Of a stretch of 64,000 nt of DNA, positions 9,084 through 19,100 are shown piece after piece. How positions within the stretch are numbered: position 1 is the stretch's first letter; every line of letters begins with the position of its first letter. The DNA comes from a virus. A program made the translations under genes and the position numbers. The stretch is from positions 580-64,579 of IMG/VR virus record IMGVR_UViG_3300033068_002024; one strand, 5' to 3'. Under the pieces are notes generated by a model, which saw only the letters and a list, made by a program, of their open reading frames with translations, searched no databases and was not told where the DNA came from.

Positions 9084-9827
9084 TTACGTTCGGATCAGTT
9101 CTTTGTAGAGCCCCATAAGACCGGGGATGTGCGGCTCCAGAAGACCAACCACCGCATTGCCGTAAGCACGCGCTTCAATCTGTGCATGGTTGTCCTCGCG
9201 CAAGGAAAGAAAGTGCATCAGATTGCGAAGGTCCTGTTTCCAGAGCCAGTGGGTGTAATGGTTCAGGTGCAAGAACATGCGAGCGTGCTCCGGCGCTACG
9301 CCAAGCTCAATTGCATCCAGATACATTTCGTAGCTGATTCGGCATTGCTCGTTGAGCTGCAACTTAAAGACGGTTTGCACTAACCAATCCAAGTTGTCCT
9401 CTTGCCCTTGCTTCGCGTTCGGGGCCTTGCCGCCAACTACCTCGGGGATATACCATTCAGCTGGCAGCGTAACATAACGGCCGCTAACCTCATTGAGCGA
9501 AGTTGTGCGATGGCGAACGAACTGACGCGCGGTAAAGATGGGAAGCTTCATCTCCAACCATACTTCAATGCTTTCAAACGGCGTCATGTGCTTGTTTTGC
9601 ATCAGAAACCGGTTGAGCTTCATCTCGATTTCGTAGGTGCGCTCCAGGTCGCTATTATCGAAAGACATGCGAGCGCTGTTGGCAACATCAACGTCGTCGG
9701 CGTCGAAAGGGCGAATAGACTCGATAATTGAATTCCCATAATTAATTCGATTAACCGGACGCCGCGTCGGCCCGGCCATATTGCGAAGGATAACGAAGCC
9801 GTGATCCAAAACATTTGCTTTGAACAT
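9084..9827 (-). CDS. thyX: FAD-dependent thymidylate synthase
   Basis: HMTPFE, RHRTTSLNEVSGRY signature, HAQIE. Confidence 0.95.
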   Translation of the reverse strand: MFKANVLDHGFVILRNMAGPTRRPVNRINYGNSIIESIRPFDADDVDVANSARMSFDNSDLERTYEIEMKLNRFLMQNKHMTPFESIEVWLEMKLPIFTARQFVRHRTTSLNEVSGRYVTLPAEWYIPEVVGGKAPNAKQGQEDNLDWLVQTVFKLQLNEQCRISYEMYLDAIELGVAPEHARMFLHLNHYTHWLWKQDLRNLMHFLSLREDNHAQIEARAYGNAVVGLLEPHIPGLMGLYKELIRT

Positions 9828-9872
9828 AGTTATAAGCCTTGGAAGATGCCGGGGCGGACCCCGGCTGAGCAA

Positions 9873-10844
9873 TTACTCGCCGGCTGGTTTGTCGGCGCGA
9901 TCAATTGCCTGTTGATCGGTATAGCGACCTTGGGCATACCGGGCGCGCTTGCCATTCTCACCATACAGGAGCTTGTCCATGTTGGCGCGGCGGATATCAT
10001 CGATCGAGAAGCCGCCTTTCGCGAGCAGTGCAGCAAACGCGAAATACAGCTCGCCAAGCGCAGTCAGAATTTTCGGCAGAAGATCTTCTTTGCAGTAGAT
10101 GGCTTCTTTCTTCACCAGATCGGTAAGATCGCCGAGCGCCTGATTGAAAGCGCGAAGCACGTAGCCGCCATGATCGGTTTTCGGGCGCGGCAGCATAAAG
10201 AGCTGGACATTGTAGGCTTGCGCAATGCCTTCCATGTAGAAATGGAAGTCGCCGCTTTCTTCGCGGAAGTTAACCTTGTCCATCGCGTTGTACGCGGCGG
10301 TCAGCTCGAAATACTCGCCATTCAGGCCGATCAGCATGTGCAGTTTGTGGCAACCTGCCGGAGTCATCGAAGCCAGAATAACTTCGCCGGGTTTGGCCAG
10401 ACGCGAAACCATTTCGTTGTAGGCGTCGATCGAATAGTCGTTGCTGAAGATTTCGACCGGCTTTTCGTCTCCAACCTTGTTGTCGGTGACTTTGTTGTCG
10501 GTTTCCTTGGTCAGCGGCTGCTCCGGTGGCGGGGCATCGCAATAAGGGTCTTTGAGCTGTTGTTCATTGAATGGTGGCATGGTTTCATTCTCCGCTTTGT
10601 TTGTTTTGGGTATTGTGGTATGACCATTGCACGAAATTTGCACTCGGCGCCCCGCCGGAAAAGTGCCGTGCGTATTATGGACGCGGACGCCATTGGCGTC
10701 GAAGCGAGCAAAGATCTTAGCCGTATCGCCACAGAGGTCGCCAAGGTGCCAACAGGTTTTGCAAACGCATTCCTTGTGGACAGCTTCGCGAATAGGACTG
10801 CTCAGGCTATAAACTTGGTTGCCTTCTTTCGTAAGTTCGGTCAT
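9873..10844 (-). CDS. MazG-like nucleotide pyrophosphohydrolase (possible internal start at 10580)
   Basis: HMLIGLNGEYFEL, EESGDFHFY, LGELYF, RANMDKL...RY. Confidence 0.7.
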   Translation of the reverse strand: MTELTKEGNQVYSLSSPIREAVHKECVCKTCWHLGDLCGDTAKIFARFDANGVRVHNTHGTFPAGRRVQISCNGHTTIPKTNKAENETMPPFNEQQLKDPYCDAPPPEQPLTKETDNKVTDNKVGDEKPVEIFSNDYSIDAYNEMVSRLAKPGEVILASMTPAGCHKLHMLIGLNGEYFELTAAYNAMDKVNFREESGDFHFYMEGIAQAYNVQLFMLPRPKTDHGGYVLRAFNQALGDLTDLVKKEAIYCKEDLLPKILTALGELYFAFAALLAKGGFSIDDIRRANMDKLLYGENGKRARYAQGRYTDQQAIDRADKPAGE

Positions 10845-11119
10845 CCGACTATCCCATGAGTGTAATCAAAGGTGCGCATGAGCCAATCGTCGTCTTCCCC
10901 GCGCGATTTAAGTTTAAGCGTTGTGCTTTCACCATGGCAAGCAGGACTTAGTTCCATGCTGTTGACGAACCCGGCGCTTACCGGTTTGGCATGCCGCAAC
11001 TCAGGCAGCCGCGTCAATACTTCGGCAACATCAATGTGTACCAGTGCATCCGGGAAGATGATTGGCATTTCCCGACTCAGGTTTGGACCCATCGGCACCG
11101 ACAGCACAATGTATTTCAT
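10841..11119 (-). CDS. Hypothetical protein
   Basis: 92-aa ORF with ATGA coupling on both sides. Confidence 0.6.
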   Translation of the reverse strand: MKYIVLSVPMGPNLSREMPIIFPDALVHIDVAEVLTRLPELRHAKPVSAGFVNSMELSPACHGESTTLKLKSRGEDDDWLMRTFDYTHGIVG

Positions 11120-11331
11120 TGGGCAGCCCTCGGAAGGGCCTTAGCGCGCTTGGCGTTGCGCATGGCACGCTTGTTTACAGCGGCGTCACGAAAGGCTTGG
11201 GATTCGGCAGGAGTACGTAAATACTTCTGAGGGACTGCATTGCGGGCGCTGTTCTCGTCCAAGTAGGAGTTCGGATTTTGCAGCCCGTAAAACATGTGAG
11301 CCGCAAGCGACATGTTTGGCTTATTGTCCAT
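11116..11331 (-). CDS. Hypothetical protein
   Basis: 71-aa ORF coupled to the next gene. Confidence 0.5.
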   Translation of the reverse strand: MDNKPNMSLAAHMFYGLQNPNSYLDENSARNAVPQKYLRTPAESQAFRDAAVNKRAMRNAKRAKALPRAAQ

Positions 11332-11345
11332 ACCTATGTCTCAAT

Positions 11346-11420
11346 AAAAAAGCCGTCTAATGGATTTGGAAGTAAACCTAGAAGGGGGAAGGCGGTTCCA
11401 AACTTAATCCATTAAACGGC
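11346..11420 (-). terminator. Long stem plus U-tract downstream of tRNA-Pro
   Basis: GCCGUUUAAUGGAUU...AAUCCAUUAGACGGC-UUUUUU on the minus strand. Confidence 0.6.
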
Positions 11421-11432
11421 AGGGGATATAAA

Positions 11433-11509
11433 TGGTCGGAACGGCAGGATTTGAACCTGCGACATTCTGGTCCCAAACCAGACGCGCTACCGGACTGCGC
11501 TACGCTCCG
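11433..11509 (-). tRNA. tRNA-Pro (UGG)
   Basis: CGGAGCGTAGCGCAGTCCGGTAGCGCGTCTGGTTTGGGACCAGAATGTCGCAGGTTCAAATCCTGCCGTTCCGACCA: full cloverleaf, TGG anticodon, encoded CCA. Confidence 0.97.
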
Positions 11510-11519
11510 AAATAATGAG

Positions 11520-11810
11520 AGGCATGGATAACCCTTCCAATTTAAAACGCCACAGTTCAACTTGGCGCTACCTCTACAACACAGCTGGGACGGCAGTCCG
11601 CTGTATCGGAAGGGCCTCTGGTCCCAGCGCTAAGGTTTGCAACCCGTACCCGAAGGCCGGAGAGTTCGCCGTTTGGAGCCAAGATGCAGAGGCACTTCCG
11701 ATACCGACTCGGGAGCTGTGCGGGGCAGCGAGTCGGCACGGGAGCGTTTTAGGTTTAGCAAGAGGCAGGTCGTCCCGCCCACGGAGCCGAGGGGTTACTC
11801 ATCCCCTCTG
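11520..11810 (-). ncRNA. Putative structured non-coding RNA upstream of tRNA-Pro
   Basis: Several long stems, a pseudoknot-compatible pairing, a cUUCGg loop, its own promoter and no convincing ORF. Confidence 0.55.
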
Positions 11811-11816
11811 AAACCA

Positions 11817-11844
11817 ATTATACGCCACCAGCCAGATAGGGCAA
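11817..11844 (-). promoter_or_regulatory. Sigma70-like promoter for the ncRNA/tRNA unit
   Basis: TTGCCC-N16-TATAAT on the minus strand. Confidence 0.65.
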
Positions 11845-11849
11845 GCGGT

Positions 11850-12329
11850 TTATTGAACCCCTACTGCATCGTATGATCGCTCGCAGGTAATGCCAGCGAG
11901 GTATGATTGGTCAAACGCTGCTGCCAGCTCTCCCGCAGTTTCGTTAATCCTTGCAAGCACGTCGGCGAGCACCACGACGGGGGTGCCTTCTGGCGGGCTT
12001 CCACCGGTAATGGGGGCACTTGGGCAGGCGGTACGGACAACGCGTCGTGCGGCGTCATACAGCCGCTCAGAAGCAGCATTGGCAGCACCAGCATCTTTTT
12101 GGTTCTGTAAAGCCTTCTTGTAAGCATCTTCGCGAGCCTCGTCGATCTTGCTTGACCACAGTAGTTCGGTCTTGCGGTTAGTTGCTTCGCGCGCCGCTTG
12201 CGATTTCAGGTCGGCTTTATCGCGCTCGTCCCACTTATTTTGCCAGAGCATACTGCTGGTCCAAACTCCAGCACCAAAAGAGAGCGCTAGAGCTACAATC
12301 CCGCCAGTGACATATGGATTCAGGTTCAT
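11850..12329 (-). CDS. i-spanin (Rz-like, DUF2514-like)
   Basis: AGGAG RBS, N-terminal TM helix, coiled coil, C-terminal AGITCERSYD. Confidence 0.8.
   Translation of the reverse strand: MNLNPYVTGGIVALALSFGAGVWTSSMLWQNKWDERDKADLKSQAAREATNRKTELLWSSKIDEAREDAYKKALQNQKDAGAANAASERLYDAARRVVRTACPSAPITGGSPPEGTPVVVLADVLARINETAGELAAAFDQSYLAGITCERSYDAVGVQ
11861..12127 (-). CDS. o-spanin (Rz1-like lipoprotein), embedded out of frame in the i-spanin
   Basis: Lipobox LLLSGC followed by a Pro-rich region with WCSPTC. Confidence 0.8.
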   Translation of the reverse strand: MLTRRLYRTKKMLVLPMLLLSGCMTPHDALSVPPAQVPPLPVEARQKAPPSWCSPTCLQGLTKLRESWQQRLTNHTSLALPASDHTMQ

Positions 12330-12330
12330 G

Positions 12331-12882
12331 CTATTCTCCTGCGAACCATAAAAATCGGCACAAGACCAATTCAGCACGTACTTGCATGAGCAGATGGCCA
12401 AAGCGATTCTCGCCCTTGTGGTTACAAACACCCCAATAGGTGTCATTCCACGTGTTACCTTCCACCAACATTCGCATGCCAGTATCGATTAAGTCCAACC
12501 CCAAAATCGAGCTGAAAAATTTCTGACGCAGCAGGTTGAGCATGATTTCATCTTTAACCTGCGGCTGATCCCAATCTTTACGTTTGGTAACGCGTTGCCC
12601 AATGCGCTTCGCAGAACGCGGCGTGGTCGCATCGCGGACCATTTGACGCTCTTTCGGATCTTCCGTCTTAGCTGCTTGATACGCATGCTCAATCGTGCGA
12701 TACCGCTGGCCACCGAGATCCACCCATACCGGCGAAAAGTTGCTCAAGAACGAATAGTAGCCGCTGAAGGAAGTGATCGGCGGCTCGTAGCCAAACTTTT
12801 GCCGTTCGGCAAACATGGCCTCGGTTTCGTTGCTCATGCGCACTGCCGTCTTCAGCTCAGGCAGGATGTGGTTCAGGTCCAT
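12331..12882 (-). CDS. NADAR (YbiA-like) family protein
   Basis: FLSNF, EHAYQAAK, LRQKF, LVEGNTWNDTYWG and GENRFGHLLMQVR motifs. Confidence 0.92.
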   Translation of the reverse strand: MDLNHILPELKTAVRMSNETEAMFAERQKFGYEPPITSFSGYYSFLSNFSPVWVDLGGQRYRTIEHAYQAAKTEDPKERQMVRDATTPRSAKRIGQRVTKRKDWDQPQVKDEIMLNLLRQKFFSSILGLDLIDTGMRMLVEGNTWNDTYWGVCNHKGENRFGHLLMQVRAELVLCRFLWFAGE

Positions 12883-12903
12883 GATTTCTCCGTTTGTTAT
12901 AAA

Positions 12904-15507
12904 CTATTGAATAATTGCGCCCAGCTTACCAAGCGACGTATGCAACTGCCACGTCGCATACGCGAAGAATAAAATTGACGCCACTGACACTAGTATAGCA
13001 GCGTAGCACAGCACTTTTAACCCCGGAGGTAGACCCCGGAAGTTGTCGCGCCAGCCATGAAAGAGGAGGGCCAGCGATCCAACTTGGATTAGCAAGGTGA
13101 GCCCGTAGAAGATGATGAGAGCGTATTGAAGATTCTCAATCATAATTCAATTGTTCCTTCAGACGTAACCCATTTGAACGGTTCTGCAAAGCTGTAACTG
13201 GTGCGAATGGTAAGTTTGCCATCAACAATTACATGTTCCATCTTTGCAATTTGAATACCCGAAAGCGCAGTAGTTGCGCAATCCGGAATGCGGCTATCAA
13301 CAGTGAAACCGCGTCGGCGCAACCATTCGGCGCTAACCAGATCTGTGTCCTCAGTCATTGAGAAGCTCCGCAATAACACCCAACTCAGCTTTGATGCTTT
13401 CTGCAACTTCCCCGCGCCAACCATGAGCATTGGCAAGAAAGTTTGCAACTACTTGGCCACCAAGCGGAGTTATTTTTCCGTTTTCTTCGCCAAGCTCATC
13501 TTCCATATCTTGCAAGGCTGGCTCAGCGAACAAAGATACACGGGGCCAGTTTGCACGAATCTCGGCGGCAATGACTTTCAAACTACGCGGATCTGTTGCT
13601 TGAGCTGCTTTCGGCATTTGGTTTACCCCTTTGTCGAATTCGTTTTAATAACTTGTGGAGAGCAATCTCTACCGCAGACACCGGAAAGCAATCAGCTTCC
13701 ACATAATGGTATCCGCGGTACTGAATCGAGAAGAAAACCATTGCTGGATACGCTTTGGGATATCCGCAAAGATCGGCATCTTTATAACTGTCAAAATCGT
13801 ATTCTTTGCAATACTGCTTCAACGCTTTGCGAAACCCGGCTTGCGTTGTAACTATATAACAGTTCGACGCCACGTGCAACATGTTGTTTGGATTTTCGGC
13901 GGTCATTTGCTTCTCCGATAACCCAACAGCAATTCGCGGATAACATCTGTGCCGGGCATGGCAAGCACTGTGTATTCTTGTCGGCAAGCTGCGCCGTTGG
14001 CTCCTCCAATCAAGTATTCGACTTTGTAAGTGTGACGGGTTTCAGTGGCCATGAAATCAACCGGGCCAAATGGAACAGGAGTACCGTCCGGCGGCTTCGG
14101 ACGTTCCAAAACCTGAACATATTCCATACCTTCTTGCACCTTAATGTAATCCCCGGCGCGCGGGCCGCCTACGCAAAGCAGTCTCATTTCTTCTTCTCCC
14201 CGGTTGGCTCCAACCCGCAAATCTCGCAAGCGGTGCGGAATGCTTCCATTGTGCGGCCTTCGCGCCGACGCCATCCACCAGACAAGCCGCCAATATGCTT
14301 CAGCTGCTTATGGAATTCAGCTTCCAGGTTCTTCGGGGTTTCCACAGGGGTGGATGGGAAGCGCGTGCCGGTTTCAATATCAACATAAACCCACTTGAAT
14401 TCGCGACCGATCTTTTCCAGAGCAGCTGTCATCTCGGGGATTCGCTCGTCCGGGTTGTGCCCAAACACCCAAATGCCAACGAGGTTAAACCAGCAATCAA
14501 AGGTCATCGCACGCTCACTTGATAAAATAAATGTCGTAGTCGCTCAGCTTGGCTTTGCCGCACTTGCTGCACGGCATATCGAAGCAAGCGCGATCAATCA
14601 ACATCTGCGGGACCAAATGCCCGCACTCCGGGCATTGTCTGAGCTTTACCCGGCGTTCTGCAATAGGGAATGGGATGACAGGTGCGCGCTTCATAGCTTC
14701 TCCCGTGCGGCTGCTACGGCCTTATCGAATTCCGGGTTGCGCCCGGCCTCATGGGTCAGCGTAGCGCGGCGCGTTTGATAAACGGTGCGCCAATGCTCCT
14801 TTCGCTGGCCAGTCGCTGGCATTTTGCGTTTGACGGCCAGTGCGCGATCGCCCGCGAAGGTAACGCGATAGGCGCCCACGTCAATGTACGTGAATGGAAG
14901 TGCCATTACTTAATCTCCCTGAAGATCCGGATAGCGTCCATTGCACCGACAATTTGCTCAAGCTCGGTAACTGCTTGCCGGAGCTGCTGCGCGGCGTTGC
15001 GCAGCTCTTGAACATCCAGACTTGCCCGAGCCGGACCAGCAAAGGTCGGCTCAATGATGTTGTTTGCGCTGAGCATGTGGCGGCTCGCCTCGCGCAGTTT
15101 CAAACGCAGCGTTTCGCGAATCGTTTCGATGTTCATTTTGCCCCCCCCCCCCTAAAGTCCGCAATCTGTTTGCAGCGCTTCCATGATGGCCAGCGCTTGT
15201 GAATTATCTTCGGTTTCTTGATACTCCTCAATCAGAAGATCAAGGAGCGCCTGATATGCATCTTGGATGGCTTGCTGGCGCGGAGTCATTTTGCGTTCCA
15301 ATCGTAGTAATACCAGCCCGGCGTTTTGGCATCGGTAAGGTAAGCAGTATTGAGAGTGCGCTTGCCCTTGAGGAAAGTTGGGTCGCCATGTTTGGTCCCA
15401 ACGAGCTCTTGGCTGCCTTCGAAGTAGGGGCACGGCTGGGCCTTATCAATATCAAATTGGCGACCGTTGACCATGATGAAAGTGCCTGCTTGGAAGTTGG
15501 TTTTCAT
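12904..15507 (-). other. Cluster of about 11 small, translationally coupled hypothetical ORFs
   Basis: Examples: 12904..13143 (2 TM), 13351..13617, 13583..13906, 13903..14187, 14184..14507, 14515..14694 (CxxC..CxxC), 14691..14906, 14906..15136, 15152..15289, 15286..15507; many stop/start overlaps. Confidence 0.65.
15141..15152. repeat. C12 homopolymer (G12 on the coding strand)
   Basis: Direct count of 12 C. Confidence 0.9.
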
Positions 15508-15543
15508 TTCCGCTGCCCCTTGGCATCGCTTAATCATGAAGCA

Positions 15544-15657
15544 ATTATGGGCTTGCTAGAGCTGGCTGGCAACAGGATCTTTAGACTAATTCGGATGCCT
15601 CGGATGAAGCTAGAATCCAAAGTAGTTGGTGCAGGGATCTAAGGCGGGTGCCATAAT
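15544..15657. promoter_or_regulatory. Divergent sigma70-like promoters
   Basis: Minus strand TTGCCA-N17-CATAAT; plus strand GTGCAG-N17-CATAAT. Confidence 0.55.
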
Positions 15658-15700
15658 AGCTCATGGTTCGGGGATTGGCCCCGGCAGAGGAGAAACGAAA

Positions 15701-15928
15701 ATGGCAATTAAACTCGAAAAGAAAGTTGGCTTCTTCACCGCCGAACAAATTCGCGAACTGGCTGACAAGATTGTTGCCAGCGCGCCAAAACAGGCTAAAG
15801 CAGAAGCGATTTATAAAGAGCACCAGGTTTCGATAAATACTATCAAAGGCGTGGTTTTCAATGCCTACCAAACCCAATCCGTCTGGTGGGAAATCGAAGC
15901 TGATAAAGGTTTGCTAACCGCAGTCTAA
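15701..15928 (+). CDS. Hypothetical early protein
   Basis: GAGGAG RBS and own promoter; 75 aa. Confidence 0.7.
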   Translation: MAIKLEKKVGFFTAEQIRELADKIVASAPKQAKAEAIYKEHQVSINTIKGVVFNAYQTQSVWWEIEADKGLLTAV

Positions 15929-15970
15929 CAATCCCGCGCCACGGACGGCGCCTAGCTTGGGAGCTTTATC

Positions 15971-16132
15971 ATGGGATACGCACTAATTGCAGCCATAGTA
16001 GCTATTATCGTTCTGCTTGTTCTAAATTCAATTAACGCTGAGGCAGCTCGCGAAGAGCGCAAACGCGCAAATCAGGCAGAGAGCATGCTCTACAACGCTC
16101 TGCACCGGATAGCGTTAAAGCAACTACGTTAA
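15971..16132 (+). CDS. Small single-TM protein (53 aa)
   Basis: Hand translation MGYALIAAIVAIIVLLVLNS...; GGGAG RBS. Confidence 0.55.
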   Translation: MGYALIAAIVAIIVLLVLNSINAEAAREERKRANQAESMLYNALHRIALKQLR

Positions 16133-16140
16133 CGCATCTG

Positions 16141-19100
16141 CTAAAGTTTGGCTTTCAACAACTCTTTGAACTGCGCGTAAGTTTTCTTACTGCGCACTTC
16201 TCCGCATCCTACTCGATCGACGAATAGCTGCATTGCCTTTTCCAACTCTTCAATCCGCGCACGGGCTTCATCCCGCTCCTTCAGGAGCCTTGCGCACAAG
16301 CCTCCCCAGAAACCAGTTCGACCGGCATTCAGGATAACTGCCTTTTCAATAGCTCGAGCGAAGTCAATCTTGTTATGGGAGGAGGATGGGCAGCCGCTCA
16401 GCACTGCGCGAATCTCTTCATCCGTCAGCACCGTTTCGTACTTTTCTTCTTGTTCGCTCATTTTCCAAACACCTGAATACTTTTCCAAACTACTTCGTTG
16501 CAGCTCTGGCAATAGCGGCCTTCCTGAACGTCAATGACTACTTCAACGCTACGAGGCGACGAGAGCAATGAATCTCCAATAACCGAAACAGTTTCTTGGA
16601 CTTGTCGATGGCAGCACACTGGACTAGTGCGCTCGTGTTTGCATTCTCGGCTCACACTGCACCTCCCAGTTGCATTCGAATAGCTGCATACCGAGCCACT
16701 ATGTCTGGCGGCAGGTCTGGCTGTTCGCGGCGAATCTCCAGAGCAATAAGCGTCCGGGTTTCGTTGACTTCGCCTTTGGTGTTAATGTTTGGGTCGCGGG
16801 GAGGGCGGCCAACCGGACGTTTCATAGCTACCTCCAGTACAAAGCAACAAGGAGCCCGACGGCCAGCAGTAACCACAGGAGGCTTTCGGACTTGGCGTTG
16901 CGGCTCATTGCGGGCGCTCCTGTTTCACGCAAACGAAACGAACCCGCCAGTTATAACCTCCCGGTCTTGTAACTTCCTAACGTCAAGTCCAGCCTCAATA
17001 CACTCCCGCTGACTTTGAAAGCCCGGCACAGAGGTTAAAGCAGGACCATAATTCTGTACATACAGAATGAGAATCCAGGTTATCATACCGGCACCTGTAC
17101 GGCGTCGCCGAATTTGGCTGCCCCGCTTAGCTCAGCGGTTTCTTGTTCGATGAACGGGCTCATTTCAACCTCGAATAATGACAACAAGCACACCGTAGTA
17201 TACAATAACGCCAATCGCAAAGGCGGCAATGCCTATCAGTTCTGCGCGGCTCATTTCAACAGCTTCTGCGCGGACTGGATGTCGCGAATGGCTGTGGTGA
17301 GCAGAATGTTTACCCCACTCAGCAATTCGCGCTCTTCGCTGGTCGGAGTGGCCAGAATGAGGTTGTCCAGCATGCGGCGCTCAGCATTCGGGCCGTCGAG
17401 CAGGTTTTCGTATTTGCTGTTGACAACCTCCTTCGACAGCCGACCCGGAGTGCGCTTTCTTGGCGGCGAAGAGTGGTGATCGCTCGGAATGTCATAGCCC
17501 ATGTTACCATCTCCATCCAGTGGGTTTCATTGCAGCCTCGACGCTATCGCAAGCCGTCATGAGCAGGTTCGCGGTATTGCGCTGCTCTTTCTTGTGCTGC
17601 TTCTGGACCATCTTACGCTCTTTCTTTTCGCGACGCAACTGCTTTTCGACTCGCGCTTCATCCCGGGTGCCGATGGGCTCAGCGTTCAGCATTGCTTGAC
17701 CGATACTGATTTTGTGCTTAACGCGATATTGGAACGATTCGTCGCTTTCGCCCAGCATACGAGAAGTATAGAAGCTTTTGGTTTGATCGGCAGAAATTGA
17801 AATACTCACTTCTTCCGGTTTGGTCGCATACAAATAGCCGGTGGAAATGTTCAGCGTGCCGGACGTCAAGCGCTCCATGAACTCTTTGTCCCATACATCA
17901 TCGCTAACCCCAGCCGGCTTAGTCTTGGCTCTCAACTCAGCAATTGGAAGGTTTACTATGCCTCCCATACAACCGAAACTAAAGTGGTCCGGTGGCAAGT
18001 CGGGGACGAGGCCAAGCTTTCCAACACCGGCATTGCGGGCCGTCCTGTTACGCTCCCGTTCGTCCTTCATATCTTGAACGACTTTGGAAAATCCCTTACT
18101 GTCGAGAAACGACTTGCCTTGCCGACGACCCGCATCGAACAAACGAACGCGAGCTGGATTATCTTGTCCGACGCGCTTGTCGAACTGCGCCCAAGACTCG
18201 CCCGGCATTGGCTCCATGTTGGCACGCTGGCGAGCGGTCAACTGTTTAAGCGAATCGCGAAGGCATGCTTCGTGCTCCCGAGCACGATCATACACTTGTT
18301 TCATGTCTTCATACACTTGGTTGGAAGACACCTTATCCCACTTGATTTCTATGTTCGGTAACTTTGGATACAGCATGGTCACTTCTTCGCGATAACCAGC
18401 GAAGTCAATGCCACTAAAGCCTTTGGAGTCGTCATACGGGATCTTTGCCGGAGCGTCGTCAAACAGCTTCTTGGCGGCACCCTGCAAATGCTGCTCCAAT
18501 TCCGAAACAGTAATAGGGTCTTTGCACGGCTCTCCTTCCGGCCACTCGATAAAACCGCTCGGCGCCTCCATGTCAAGCTGGGCCTGAGTTTTGACCGGCA
18601 CCAGCTCTTGGAATTCGAAGCTGAAGCCAATGCGAGTAGCGTCAAGGTTCTGATGAATCTTCCAAGAGCGAATACCCGGGATGACACCGCCCAGCATCAA
18701 ACGCGCTAAGAAGAACGTTTTCCATGAGCGCGGGCTTTCACTAAGCGGCAGCGTGCGCTTCATGGCGTCTTCGACTTCTTGCGAAGGCTGGCCGTACTTC
18801 TTCAGGAACAGTTGGGCGGCTTCAGCATCCGATGGCGGTGCAAACGTGCCCAAGTACTGCTCCTCGAACTGCTTGTTGGTCATGCGAGCATAATGTTTGC
18901 GTTCGCTCGGGTTGATCCAAGCATTGCCCGCATTGATTTCGGTTTTGTCAGTCATGGCGCGCCTCTCGCAAAGCTCAGGTTGTCCTATTGCGGCAGCATA
19001 GCATTTGCCGGCCTCGTCGCAACCCATGCCCATGTTGCAAGTGGTCATTGGATCTTCACAACCGTGCCATGAGCACTAACAACGGCAACATTGATCCTTT

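Noticed and set aside
9801-10859. 352-aa plus-strand ORF
   Set aside because: Antisense shadow of the MazG-like gene; no recognisable motifs.
11433-11509. tRNA as a prophage attachment site
   Set aside because: No integrase, no duplicated tRNA 3' end and no host genes in the window.
11584-11704. HDV-like/theta ribozyme reading of the pseudoknot
   Set aside because: No P3/P1.1 elements between the crossing stems, and it lies 5' rather than 3' of the tRNA.
16878-16996. Possible three-way-junction RNA (GGACTTGGCGTT/AACGTCAAGTCC stem)
   Set aside because: Lies within two small coupled minus-strand ORFs, has no ribozyme core or evident promoter, and may be chance pairing.
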